Source: Candidatus Heimdallarchaeota archaeon (GTDB taxonomy: Archaea; Asgardarchaeota; Heimdallarchaeia; Heimdallarchaeales; Heimdallarchaeaceae). Taken from it: a stretch of DNA of 33,493 bases. How positions within the stretch are numbered: position 1 is the stretch's first letter; the number at the start of each line of letters is the position of its first letter. Positions 1-9,802 of this stretch are shown piece by piece. The position numbers and the translations under genes are program-made. The notes under the pieces were generated by a model, which saw only the letters and a program-made list of their open reading frames with translations, searched no databases and had not been told where the DNA came from. The DNA is taken from contig JAAFKJ010000023.1 of assembly GCA_021399395.1 (NCBI GenBank), positions 1 through 33,493 on the forward strand, read 5' to 3'.

Positions 1-115
1 TATAGACAATGTATGTGTCATTCCTGGTGGGTCTACACACACTCTATGTGGGTACATCACATACCCTCCTACCCCGTTCACCATACGTGTAGGTATGGCT
101 TTCGGATCGCTTTTG
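1..115 (-). ncRNA. Putative 5' part of the TnpB omegaRNA scaffold overlapping the tnpB 3' end
   Basis: Consecutive minus-strand stems GCCAUAC/GUAUGGU (80-99), GGGUAUG/UGUACCC (50-66) and CACAU/GUGUG; their G-U pairs form only on the tnpB sense strand. The position matches known omegaRNAs. Confidence 0.5.
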
Positions 116-1272
116 ATTAGAATATTGTACGCAGCATTGACATCAGCGTTGATCCTATATCCTTGTGCAGAAGTGAACAACCCTCGAGAAGAACGTCTAC
201 CTGCATAACAAGACCTTTTTTGGGAAAACTCATTATCTAGGAAACTGCTCTTGGAAGTATAATCTTCTGGAATAAGAACGACTTGTATCCCTTGTTCTTC
301 ACTCTTGTATTTCAGCTGATTGATGATTTTCAAGAAGGGAATGGTGACAAACATCTGGGTGACTTTCTTGCCTAGATTCACTTGTTGTTTCCATTGAGGA
401 TTATAACCAATAACAACTTCGTGTAAGTTGTGTTCCACGAACAAATCTACTAAATATTTGGTGAGATGGTGGAGAGCGTTCTTGAGTTTTCTGCGACACT
501 TTTCTTTCAGTTTATAGTAGGCTTGACCATAAACTAATTTGTGCTGTTGTTTCAATTGTTTCTTCTGATGCTGGACATATTGTGCTCGTAGTTTTGTCTG
601 GATTTTCATGTAATATTGGATTATAGATTTTATCCCTTTTCCGTGATCCTTGATAACAATCGGTTGATTGCCGAGGTTATCTACGAAGGCCACGAGGTTA
701 ACTGACCCTAAATCGATAGCGCCTTTCCTTGTGTTCTTTTTTCTCTGCTTGGGGAGGTGTTTCTCATAGACCAGCTCGAGAGTGTACCCCACATTTCTGG
801 GGATGACCCTCACTTCTTTCAGTCGAGTACTAGCTGTCAGACGTGTTTTACAGTAAAATCCCACTTTCTTAGGTAAGACTAACCACCCATTCTTGATCTT
901 AGCTTGTTGGTTGGTAAGAATCGCTACACTCTCTCCGTCTTTGGGTTTATACTTAGGCGGTTTGGGTTGAGCGTAGAAATTTTCTGGATGGCTTTTCCAC
1001 TCCTTCTTTGCCATAAAATACGCTTTCCAGTTCCTACACAGAAGTTTGAGGGTGTGTTGAGCTGTATGAGCTGGGAGAACCCTGTAACATTCCTCAGGTT
1101 TGAGTAAACTGTTGAGTTCATAATAACTGAGAAATTTCTTGTTCTTTGTCAGTGCTGCTTTTATGAGAAAATTCGCTCGATTATAGAGATTCTTAGCTTG
1201 ATGACACAGTCTGCTTAAAGCTGGTGTAAACGGTAGTTCTATACACTCTACTCTCCATACTACTGCCATCAT
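1..1272 (-). CDS. tnpB: TnpB RNA-guided endonuclease (IS200/IS605- or IS607-associated family), 3'-incomplete
   Basis: Manual translation from ATG 1272 (or 1269) is open for 424 codons to the window edge: MMAVVWRVECIELPFTPALSRLCHQAKNLYNRANF... RuvC-I KGAIDLGSVNL, VVIGYNPQWKQ, IPEDYTSKSSFLD, GRRSSRGLF, RuvC-III INADVNAAYNIL. Absent from the ORF track because no stop codon lies in the window. Confidence 0.95.
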   Translation of the reverse strand, partial: MMAVVWRVECIELPFTPALSRLCHQAKNLYNRANFLIKAALTKNKKFLSYYELNSLLKPEECYRVLPAHTAQHTLKLLCRNWKAYFMAKKEWKSHPENFYAQPKPPKYKPKDGESVAILTNQQAKIKNGWLVLPKKVGFYCKTRLTASTRLKEVRVIPRNVGYTLELVYEKHLPKQRKKNTRKGAIDLGSVNLVAFVDNLGNQPIVIKDHGKGIKSIIQYYMKIQTKLRAQYVQHQKKQLKQQHKLVYGQAYYKLKEKCRRKLKNALHHLTKYLVDLFVEHNLHEVVIGYNPQWKQQVNLGKKVTQMFVTIPFLKIINQLKYKSEEQGIQVVLIPEDYTSKSSFLDNEFSQKRSCYAGRRSSRGLFTSAQGYRINADVNAAYNILIKSDPKAIPTRMVNGVGGYVMYPHRVCVDPPGMTHTLSI

Positions 1273-1290
1273 ACCTTCTACTTTATTTCT

Positions 1291-1298
1291 CTATAAAA
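1291..1298 (-). promoter_or_regulatory. Archaeal TATA-like box for tnpB
   Basis: TTTTATAG on the minus strand 22-29 nt upstream of ATG 1269, consistent with a near-leaderless transcript. Confidence 0.45.
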
Positions 1299-1388
1299 GC
1301 CCCCGTAATATCTTACTTTCAGTCTTCATTCAACCTTATTCATCGTCAGTTTAATATGACTATATGACAAATCTACTTCATATCTCTT

Positions 1389-4184
1389 TCATTCGAACTC
1401 TAACATTTTTATTTCGTAAGCATTGAAAGCGATCTCAATTTGATTTTCAGATATGTCATGCTTAGCCTTTAGTTGTCCATCATATGTAATATCTTTGCAG
1501 AAATTAAACACTGAGTTGATTTGAAGGGTTGTAGTTTCATAGACAGTATTCAGATTGTACAGAGTGATTAGTAGCTTGTTGTTTCTGTTCCTTATCGAAG
1601 AGATTCTTATCCAAGGATTATTGGTGAAGAAGAGTGAATTAGTAGCTGTGTGAGAGATTTTTTGATCTCTTATTAGGAAAGATTTTGTTCCCAAAGCAAA
1701 GGTCTCTGCATAATTGTCGCATAAATACATTGGATCTTTTTTAGAGTGAATTAGCAAACTATATTCAAAGACATATTCTTTGTTAAATTCTTGTGCGCCT
1801 GGAGTTTCTAGAAAAGGACCTGCATGCATTGGTCTTTCTTCATAATCCATTCTTGAGAGATAACCAACTGATCTTATCAAGGTCAAAGCTAAACGAGAGC
1901 CTTCAACAAGTTCCACCTCTGGTAATCCTTTATTCATTAGAGTTACTGAGGAATGATTTAATGTATCGTTGATTCTAATATATCGTTTCTGAGCTTGAAT
2001 ACCAGAAGGAGCTTCAGCATAGGTTTCATCACCATATTGAGTACTATTCCTCTTTATTGTTCCAAAGTGAGTTGATGTTAGAGTTTCAAATGATTTAAAG
2101 GGTAAGTCAAAGCATATTCTCAACCTATGGTCTTTAGCTCTGTTGGTAATCTTAGTCTTGAAATCAATTCTTGGAAGTTCTTTGTAAAACCTAAATATAG
2201 TCTCTGCAGGAATCTCGACTTTGCCTATTCTCTTATCTCTTTCTTCACTCAAACCTTCAAAAACTTCTAGAATATAATTCTGTCTTATATCAAAGTAGAT
2301 AGGACCTTCAGAGATAATTTCTCTTTTCAGATTTTTGACTTTCACACTTTCTGGACCAATCCTTCCAAAAGTGTACTCGTCTCCTTTATCGCCCCAATCT
2401 TCAAATTTATGAAGAGATTCGAAACCCACATTTTTTATCTTATCATGAAAATCAAAAGTTCCATCATTATTAAAATTAACATCGTAGTACTTATTTGAAA
2501 CAGAATTTTTTGATACTTTGAATTCTGAATCAGACATTGCAACTGAAGCAACCTCGAGTTCAAATTTAGTGAAACTCCAAGGAGAAAGATTTGCTAAAAC
2601 GGTGTACTTCTGCTTGGTACCAAGAGTTGCTTTGACATGAAATTTCTTAAACTTCTTACTTTTTATTAAATCAAAAGCTTGATTCTTTAAAGCGTCAACA
2701 TCGAATTCTCCTACTGCAGATTTTCCACATATAAGAGTGATTTTACAAACGCCATTATCAATGTCCTCAGTAAGCACTAATTCATTAAGATAGAAATCAA
2801 TAATTTTTCTTCCAGGAAGAAGTTTCAAACCAGTTTTCAGCATTATAGGTGAAAAAGTATTTTCGAAAAAGACATCTTCGGATGAGCTTTCAACTTGTGC
2901 AGGAAAAACATTTTGCTGTTTGTCTCTTAGACCAGTTATCTGTGTCCTTGAATCATACTCAAATTCCACTAAACTTGGAATGTCAAAGCTATTAGATGGA
3001 TTATAAACCAATAGAGATACTTGATCTGTTTCGCTTGAATACATCTCAATTGTATCTTTCAATTCCTCAAATTGTGATTCTGCTATGCTATCAGCCCAAG
3101 AAAATCTTGATATCATTTCATCATGCGTTTGGTCAACTGAGCATCCACAAATTCCATCATGAGTATGATTCTTCAATAACCATTTCCAAGCAAGTGATAG
3201 ATACTTAGTTGGATACTCTCTATTATTAAAAATCCAGAAGTGGGTCAGCAAAGGTTCAGTAAAATGGATAAGTAGATCCTCTATTTTTTGATTCCATTGT
3301 TTTATCCACATTCTTGCAGAATAAGTATCTTGTAGAAGTGGAGCTCGTGCAGAAGAACGAAATTCACCAGTATATTCAGGTGGTACGTAATTCGAATCTT
3401 TAATTGAATTCTTTAATTTATCAATGTAATCATCAAGTAACCCAAAATTTACATCATAGTTTTCAATATCCATTAGTTTAATGAAGGGGATAATTTTAGG
3501 GTTAGGAAATTGGTGATCAGTTCCATACATTAGGAGATAGTTTGGAATGGGCGAAAATTGCTTCAAATCTTCAACCTTCTCTAGTATCGATTGAATGAGC
3601 TTATCTTCTTCCTCTGGCAAATCAGCTGCATTACCATATCCAAAAGGCATGTATATTCCAAGCATAGATTCTTGAGCATTAAACGCACTTTTCCAAATGA
3701 ATGGTACAGAAGTAATCTCTGGTCCAACGCCACGCCATAATACTGTTGCTTTAAATGATGTTAGATTTGACAATATCTGAGGAAGAGCCCTTGTATGACC
3801 AAATTGATCCGGAAGATATCCAACTTGCATTAAAGGTATGTCTAGCTCTTTAGCTAAATCAAGACTTGTTTCCAGATTTCTAATAAAACTCTCTGCACCG
3901 ATTAACCATTCATCAGGGAGCAAATACCAAGGACCAACAGCTATCTTTTCCTTCCTTATTAGTTGAACTAAACGTTCTTTGTTTTCAGGTTTAATCTCAA
4001 AATAATCCTCTAGAACAATTGTCTGACCATCTAACATGAAAGGGAACTCATGCTCCTCTGTTAAATTCATTACATGGTCAATTAGCTTAACAAGTTTAAG
4101 TCTAAAATGTTGAAATGGTAAATACCATTCGCGATCCCAATGTGTATGGGGAACTATAGTAATATCTGAATTCTCTTCCGACAT
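1389..4184 (-). CDS. GH38 alpha-mannosidase / mannosylglycerate hydrolase-like
   Basis: HTHWDREWY, LDGQ, GPWYLLPDEW, YLPDQFGH and HDGICGCSVD are GH38 motifs; 931 aa. Confidence 0.93.
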   Translation of the reverse strand: MSEENSDITIVPHTHWDREWYLPFQHFRLKLVKLIDHVMNLTEEHEFPFMLDGQTIVLEDYFEIKPENKERLVQLIRKEKIAVGPWYLLPDEWLIGAESFIRNLETSLDLAKELDIPLMQVGYLPDQFGHTRALPQILSNLTSFKATVLWRGVGPEITSVPFIWKSAFNAQESMLGIYMPFGYGNAADLPEEEDKLIQSILEKVEDLKQFSPIPNYLLMYGTDHQFPNPKIIPFIKLMDIENYDVNFGLLDDYIDKLKNSIKDSNYVPPEYTGEFRSSARAPLLQDTYSARMWIKQWNQKIEDLLIHFTEPLLTHFWIFNNREYPTKYLSLAWKWLLKNHTHDGICGCSVDQTHDEMISRFSWADSIAESQFEELKDTIEMYSSETDQVSLLVYNPSNSFDIPSLVEFEYDSRTQITGLRDKQQNVFPAQVESSSEDVFFENTFSPIMLKTGLKLLPGRKIIDFYLNELVLTEDIDNGVCKITLICGKSAVGEFDVDALKNQAFDLIKSKKFKKFHVKATLGTKQKYTVLANLSPWSFTKFELEVASVAMSDSEFKVSKNSVSNKYYDVNFNNDGTFDFHDKIKNVGFESLHKFEDWGDKGDEYTFGRIGPESVKVKNLKREIISEGPIYFDIRQNYILEVFEGLSEERDKRIGKVEIPAETIFRFYKELPRIDFKTKITNRAKDHRLRICFDLPFKSFETLTSTHFGTIKRNSTQYGDETYAEAPSGIQAQKRYIRINDTLNHSSVTLMNKGLPEVELVEGSRLALTLIRSVGYLSRMDYEERPMHAGPFLETPGAQEFNKEYVFEYSLLIHSKKDPMYLCDNYAETFALGTKSFLIRDQKISHTATNSLFFTNNPWIRISSIRNRNNKLLITLYNLNTVYETTTLQINSVFNFCKDITYDGQLKAKHDISENQIEIAFNAYEIKMLEFE

Positions 4185-4293
4185 ATTATCACTTTAACGT
4201 TAAGAGATGATAAAAACTATGAGTATATGTTATTTTCGCTCTATTCTCAAAAATCCTGTAGTTAGTAAATTTCAAATGTTTAGGAGGATGTGA

Positions 4294-4977
4294 TTAGCTT
4301 GACTCAATCAAATCTTTTGCAGCTTGTATTAGCTTTGGTGCTGTTGTTGCCCCAATTCCTTTGAGTTTGACTAAATCATCAGCTGAAGCGATTGATAAAT
4401 CAACAGCTGTAGAATAACCTGCTTCCTTTAAGGCAACTGCCTTCTGCCCAACACCTTTAACTTTTTCAATAGGAATATTCGATATCTTAGTTTTGATAGC
4501 TTTATCTGAAGCTGGAACTGTTTTTAATTGAGAGTGTTCCATAATACCTCTAAATCTACCAAGGTTATTTGTTCGGAAATCTTTGTCTTTCTTTTTTAGA
4601 TCTTTAACAGATTTCAGAATATCCTCACTGCGTGTAATCATTTTGACAAATTCGGTTTGTTCTTTCTTAGTTGAGTCATAGAGAAAACCCAACCCATTAA
4701 CTGCTTCAAGAAACACTATAGTTGAATCCACAACTAGTAGAGGATGAGAGAGGTCTATGCTTTTTCGAAAAGCAGTTTTAGCAAGTAAAACACTCTTCTC
4801 AAAATCACCTATATTAATCATAATTTTACAGTTGAGAAGCATTGCTGCTAGTTTTTCAACATCACTTAAATCTACTCCCTTCTCTAGAAGATTCAATTCA
4901 TGAATTGCTTCATTGTGTTTTCCCTTCTCAAGTAATTCTTCAGCTTGTCGTAAACTGTCCAGATATACACCAAACAT
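4294..4977 (-). CDS. Helical (TPR-like) protein with C-terminal tandem helix-hairpin-helix domain
   Basis: C-terminal IEKVKGVG...LKEAGYSTAVDLSIASADDLVKLKGIGATTAPKLIQAAK resembles the RadA/Rad51 N-terminal HhH module; the N-terminus resembles the other TPR proteins here. Confidence 0.75.
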   Translation of the reverse strand: MFGVYLDSLRQAEELLEKGKHNEAIHELNLLEKGVDLSDVEKLAAMLLNCKIMINIGDFEKSVLLAKTAFRKSIDLSHPLLVVDSTIVFLEAVNGLGFLYDSTKKEQTEFVKMITRSEDILKSVKDLKKKDKDFRTNNLGRFRGIMEHSQLKTVPASDKAIKTKISNIPIEKVKGVGQKAVALKEAGYSTAVDLSIASADDLVKLKGIGATTAPKLIQAAKDLIESS

Positions 4978-5070
4978 AATTTATTCCTCTTCTGACTGCT
5001 AATAACCCACAATTCTTCTGATATTGTTTAATAGGATATTGTAGCTAATAAATCTTGGGTAATCTGTAAC

Positions 5071-7149
5071 CTAAAAAATGTCTATTTCCGATAATCTTGG
5101 TGATAATGTTTTCACGACTATGTCATCGAGTTCTGAAAGTTCTGTTACACCAGTGGATTTCTTAGAAATAGCAGCAGTCTTAATTATAGACCAGAGATTC
5201 TTGTTATTTACTAATCTATCTAGCAGAGTTTTAATCTTATTTTGAGCAATATATGACTTGCCTTTGATGATATAACAGAAGAACAGTTTTTCTTGTGTTT
5301 TCATGAGGATTGTATAGTCTTGGTGTTTTATCCTTTCTATAATTCCCACAGATTCGAACACTTCCTGGATAAATTTGTTAATTGCAGTTAAAAATCCACC
5401 AACTAGAGCATCATCTATGGTAATTTCAGATTCAAATCTCTTAGTATAGATGTTCTCTCCATATTCAGATATAATAATGAATAGAACAGGTTCTTCATCT
5501 TCAAAATATGTTCTTTCATCTTCTGAATCTTTATTCATTCTTTTAATAATTTTATTAAGCTGTGATAACTCTAACCTATCAACTATAGAGGCATTATGAG
5601 TAAGATAATTATTCCACTGGCTTAGTTGATCAAGAAGAATATCATATTCATTCGAAATTCTCAAAGCAAGATTCTTTAACCCCTTATCTTCAGCTATTGA
5701 AAAAGCAAGAGCTAGAAGTTCTTGTGCTTCCTTCAAATTAAATTCCAAAAGGGCAAGTTTAGAATTTAAAAGATAAGATTCTGCAAGTAGAGGAAATGAT
5801 TTTGATTGATTGGCAATGTCTATCAACTCGTTGGCATACTTCTGAACCTCTTGCAAGATTTTTTCGTCACCTGTTACTTTTAATTCAAAGAATAATAAAT
5901 CACAAACTTTGAGAAGACTAAAAATATGTAAGAAGTGTCTTGTTTTTTCTTTTGTAAGGAAATTGGTGAAGATTTCTAGAGCATTAAATTTATCTTTTAA
6001 TCTAGGACTTGAATAACAGATTAGAGCTGAAGAAACTTCAAAATGTTGGTCAACTAGAAGATTTTGCTCTTTCTCATTTATATTTCTTAATTCTTCTAAG
6101 TATTTGTTTGCAGAATCTAAATCATTTTCTGCAACCTTAAGATTAATTAGTTCAAATAGTGAAAAAGACAAAGCAATGTTATTATCACTGGCTTTCCTTA
6201 GTTCATAGCTTTTGAGATAGTTTTTTGAAGCTTTATCGAAATTTCTATAACTGTAGTACACATCTCCAATTTTACTATAATTCTCAGCTAACTTAAGACT
6301 CTCACCTATCTTCTTTCTAATTTTAAGAGACCTCTCAATGTAATCCTCAGCTTTTTCGAGTTCTCCTCTTTCAAAGAAGTAGTTTCCTATATTGCTAAGT
6401 ATATTGGACATGTCTCCAAAGTTTCCCAAATTTTCTTTCAATGCTAAACTCTGTTGGAGGTGGTCCAAGGCTTTTTTAGTTTCCCCCATCCATAAATATG
6501 TTATACCTATGTTGTTGTAAGATCTAGATATTTCATGAAGAGATCCGAGGTCTTTTTTTAGCTCTAAGCCGCGAAAATAGTATTCTAATGCTTTATTGAG
6601 GTCGCCTGAGGAATGATGAATTCGTCCTAGTTGATTATAAGAAAGTGCTTCAAGTAAGATAAGGTTCAAATTTTGGCTTGTGGAAACACAATCAAGAAAC
6701 AATGTAGAAGCTTCTTTTAGAAAACCTTGTCTAAAATAGTATGACCCTTTTATCAGCTGAAGTATCACTTGACATTCTTTAACTTCTATCTTTTCTGTTG
6801 TTGAAGAATTAAGAATAACTTCTTCACCGGAGTTGATATTTTTCTTGGTTTCTTCTAAGTTCCCTAAGAAAAGATTCGCTTCAGCATGCGATACAAAGAA
6901 ATCACACTTATTCCTAGAATCCAGTAGTATGAGTTGTTTTTTCTTAATCTTAGATAGAAGAGACAGTGATTCTTCAAATCTATCAAGTCTATTCAATGTC
7001 CGAGCTTTGATAATTATCCAAGACATCCATTCTATGACTGTTTTAAATTCTATCTGATTAAGTATTTCAAGCATATCTAGAGTTTCGGTATATTTACCAA
7101 TAGATAGTAATCTAGATGCTTCTTCTAACGATGGCTCACTCGAACCCAT
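5071..7149 (-). CDS. TPR-repeat protein with C-terminal longin-like domain
   Basis: About 40-aa repeats (SYNQLGRIHHSSGDLNKALEYY, SYNNIGITYLWMGETKKALDHL). C-terminal LFIIISEYGENIYTKRF...DDALVGGFLTAINKF fits a longin-type pattern. Confidence 0.8.
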   Translation of the reverse strand: MGSSEPSLEEASRLLSIGKYTETLDMLEILNQIEFKTVIEWMSWIIIKARTLNRLDRFEESLSLLSKIKKKQLILLDSRNKCDFFVSHAEANLFLGNLEETKKNINSGEEVILNSSTTEKIEVKECQVILQLIKGSYYFRQGFLKEASTLFLDCVSTSQNLNLILLEALSYNQLGRIHHSSGDLNKALEYYFRGLELKKDLGSLHEISRSYNNIGITYLWMGETKKALDHLQQSLALKENLGNFGDMSNILSNIGNYFFERGELEKAEDYIERSLKIRKKIGESLKLAENYSKIGDVYYSYRNFDKASKNYLKSYELRKASDNNIALSFSLFELINLKVAENDLDSANKYLEELRNINEKEQNLLVDQHFEVSSALICYSSPRLKDKFNALEIFTNFLTKEKTRHFLHIFSLLKVCDLLFFELKVTGDEKILQEVQKYANELIDIANQSKSFPLLAESYLLNSKLALLEFNLKEAQELLALAFSIAEDKGLKNLALRISNEYDILLDQLSQWNNYLTHNASIVDRLELSQLNKIIKRMNKDSEDERTYFEDEEPVLFIIISEYGENIYTKRFESEITIDDALVGGFLTAINKFIQEVFESVGIIERIKHQDYTILMKTQEKLFFCYIIKGKSYIAQNKIKTLLDRLVNNKNLWSIIKTAAISKKSTGVTELSELDDIVVKTLSPRLSEIDIF

Positions 7150-7270
7150 AAAGCAAACCTCAAAACCCTTAGTATATGAAATAGAGCTTTTTAGGAATAA
7201 AAATACTTTGGTTAGACAAGTGTGAATATAAACAAGTTGTAAGTTGACTAAAAAAGAAAAGAATAGAGGA

Positions 7271-9643
7271 CTATTCTATGTCATTAAGATCTTTAGTTAT
7301 CTCAGGAAGCTTCCGAGGCCACCAATTCCAGCGAGAGGCTAAACTCATAATCGCAGGAACTAAGATTGTTCTGATAATAAAAGTGTCAATTAAGACAGCC
7401 AATGTTAGAATAAATCCAAATTCATTTAGAATCATGGTTGTGCTAAATAACATACCACCAAAGGCTATTGCCATAATTACTCCGGCCATGGATATAATAC
7501 CTCCAGTACGATAAAGCCCTTTAATTATAGAAGCTCGCTCAGAATAACCACTATTACGGTATTCAGAGACTCTTGATAATAGGAATATATCATAATCTAG
7601 ACCTAATCCTATGAGTATACTGAAACTCATAACTGGAGTTGCCCAATACAACGCATTAATGTCTTGGAGAGCAGGGATGATTCCATCCACTATTCCAACA
7701 TCAAATATCAACGAGGCTATACCATAAATCCAAGAAAGTGTTAGTCCAATAGTTACAATTAATCTTAAAGGTACGAAAACTGATTTGAACATTATAGCAA
7801 TGAGAACGTATACTATAACAATGATAATACCAATCATAAGTGGGAACATCTCATAAACAGTATCTACAGAATCAACAACCTCTGGCGTATCTCCTGCTAA
7901 ATGGAATTCATAATCAGAACTCCCACCATATTCTTCAAGAATAACACGAGTGTCCTTAATCCATTCTTCTATATAACTACCAAATGGATCGAAACTTGGT
8001 AGCACTTCAACTAAAGCTGTTGAATTATCAAAACTGGCATAACGACTCAAAACCATTTCACGATACAAGACAGCTGTTGTTTCATTGTATGCAGGATGAG
8101 CAGGATTAATCCAATCTTCTACGAACATAAAAGGAATAGCAGATCCACCACCCCAAAATACCGTTGTGAAGGAGTCAGCAGTAATGTCTGTATTCGTAAC
8201 TATGTCAATTATGAGCTCTTGCCCCGTTGTAAAGAAATCTTGAGTGAAGATCCCGTTTGTTTGATTACTAACTATTACAATATACATTGGAGCTAGCATA
8301 CCTGGATGAAAGTCTTCCTTAAGCATTTCAAACGCTTGTGTCGAATCTGCTTGTCTTGGAAGTATGTGGTTTTCTGCAATTGATGTCCCCATTTTCATCA
8401 TCTGTATTGATATTGGAATAGCGGCAGCTAATGTAATCACTATTATCGGTATAGAATATTTAGTGGCAAATTTACCTATCTTAAACCAGATGCTTTTCAG
8501 TTGTTTCTCTAATTCGATCTTTTTACGCTCTTCTTCGTCTTTTGGCAATTCAGCTTGTTTCTTTCTTAGAAGTCTGAATTTGGAGAAGAAGTTGCCAAAT
8601 AGTAGTAAAATAGAAGGTACTAGAGTTAAATTAATTATCAAAGTTGTAGCAATACAAACAGCTGCACCAATCCCTATAGAAGCAAGAAGACCTATAGGAA
8701 AGAAAGCTAAACCTAAGAAACAAATTACTAGTGTTAATCCAGATACTCCAATAGTATGACCAGCATGTTCCATCATCAGATGAACTGCTTGATCATTATC
8801 TCTTCCTCTGATCAATTCTTCTCTATATCTTGATAAGAGAAACAAGGAATAATCTATCGACAGAGCAATAACTAGCGACATCATTACACTTGGCACAAAA
8901 CTAAAGACGGGCATAGCAGCTGCAACAGGATACATTAGGAAAAACGATGTTGCTATTGAAAATCCCACACTTACAATTGGAATGATCATAAGCTTGAAGC
9001 TTTTCAAAACAATTGCTAGAACAATCAGTGCTATAGGTAACACGATAGAATCCATTACTATAATATCTTTTTCTGATGCATTCTTCATATCCTCAAACAA
9101 GATATGAGATCCTGTCAGAAGCATAATATATCCTTCTGGTTTAAAGAAATCAATTGTGTTGTGAACAAAATCTATGAAATTGTTTAGTTCTGTATCAGAA
9201 ATAGAATTCACATTTATCTCAACAATAGTTGTTGTATTGGTTTCAGATACAAATCCCATAGCAGCAACACTAAGAGTTGTATTAATCATGAAATAGAATC
9301 CTCTTATGTCAGAGATATACGAAACATAATCTGAGCTTCTGAGAGTTGTGTTGAAGTCTATACAGAAATACGCAATATCAGATGTCAAAACTGATAATGA
9401 GTTGTTTTCATTTTGAATCACTAGAACAATAGATGTTTGGGTATTTACTTCAGGAAATTCTTCCTCCAAAATCGTATTAGCTACATGGGAAGGAGTATCT
9501 TCAGGTACATTGAAATCTGAACTTGTTTCTGCAATGAAACGAGGTGCTAACCAGATACTAAATCCTAAAATAATTGCCCAAATTATAATTATAATTATCT
9601 TATACTTTTTTAAGAATGTCGTGTACTTTTCTATGAATTTCAA
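7271..9643 (-). CDS. MMPL/RND family transporter
   Basis: Duplicated TM+loop+5TM architecture; SIDYSLFLLSRYREE and GLGLDYDIFLLSRVSE; DTFIIRTILVPA...WNWWP. TTG start preceded by GGGGGA. Confidence 0.93.
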   Translation of the reverse strand: MKFIEKYTTFLKKYKIIIIIIWAIILGFSIWLAPRFIAETSSDFNVPEDTPSHVANTILEEEFPEVNTQTSIVLVIQNENNSLSVLTSDIAYFCIDFNTTLRSSDYVSYISDIRGFYFMINTTLSVAAMGFVSETNTTTIVEINVNSISDTELNNFIDFVHNTIDFFKPEGYIMLLTGSHILFEDMKNASEKDIIVMDSIVLPIALIVLAIVLKSFKLMIIPIVSVGFSIATSFFLMYPVAAAMPVFSFVPSVMMSLVIALSIDYSLFLLSRYREELIRGRDNDQAVHLMMEHAGHTIGVSGLTLVICFLGLAFFPIGLLASIGIGAAVCIATTLIINLTLVPSILLLFGNFFSKFRLLRKKQAELPKDEEERKKIELEKQLKSIWFKIGKFATKYSIPIIVITLAAAIPISIQMMKMGTSIAENHILPRQADSTQAFEMLKEDFHPGMLAPMYIVIVSNQTNGIFTQDFFTTGQELIIDIVTNTDITADSFTTVFWGGGSAIPFMFVEDWINPAHPAYNETTAVLYREMVLSRYASFDNSTALVEVLPSFDPFGSYIEEWIKDTRVILEEYGGSSDYEFHLAGDTPEVVDSVDTVYEMFPLMIGIIIVIVYVLIAIMFKSVFVPLRLIVTIGLTLSWIYGIASLIFDVGIVDGIIPALQDINALYWATPVMSFSILIGLGLDYDIFLLSRVSEYRNSGYSERASIIKGLYRTGGIISMAGVIMAIAFGGMLFSTTMILNEFGFILTLAVLIDTFIIRTILVPAIMSLASRWNWWPRKLPEITKDLNDIE

Positions 9644-9780
9644 TTAATTCCCCCTAGGAACTATAATATTATAGAATGACGTGAAATGCTGTTTTAAGCC
9701 TTTTTGTAACCAACGGAGAATTCGTTTGTTTCACAAATAAATTTAAAAAGGGTTCAATAAAAAAACAAGATTTCAAATAA

Positions 9781-9802
9781 AAAAAGGATTATAATCCCTT
9801 TT
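9781..9802. promoter_or_regulatory. Palindromic operator-like site between divergent genes
   Basis: AAAAAGGATTATAATCCCTTTT: perfect 12-bp core GGATTATAATCC (9786-9797), 22 bp with one mismatched pair. Confidence 0.45.

Larger units (their letters stand above)
1..1375 (-). mobile_element. Probable tnpB-only (IS1341-like) insertion element; left end somewhere in 1273-1388, right end outside the window
   Basis: Only 116 nt separate tnpB from the GH38 stop, so there is no room for an upstream tnpA. The segment is visibly more GC-rich than the flank. Tandem GTCATATA/GTCATATT (minus strand) near 1352-1368. Boundary is approximate. Confidence 0.6.

Noticed and set aside
904-1121. Short track ORFs 904-1107 (+) and 924-1121 (-)
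   Set aside because: Shadow frames inside tnpB.
1-1272. Calling the nuclease Cas12 or Fanzor
   Set aside because: No CRISPR array or cas genes are present and the context is a prokaryotic IS; the shared Glu position alone does not show Fanzor ancestry.
4294-4977. RadA recombinase
   Set aside because: No Walker A/B ATPase core; only the HhH module is present.
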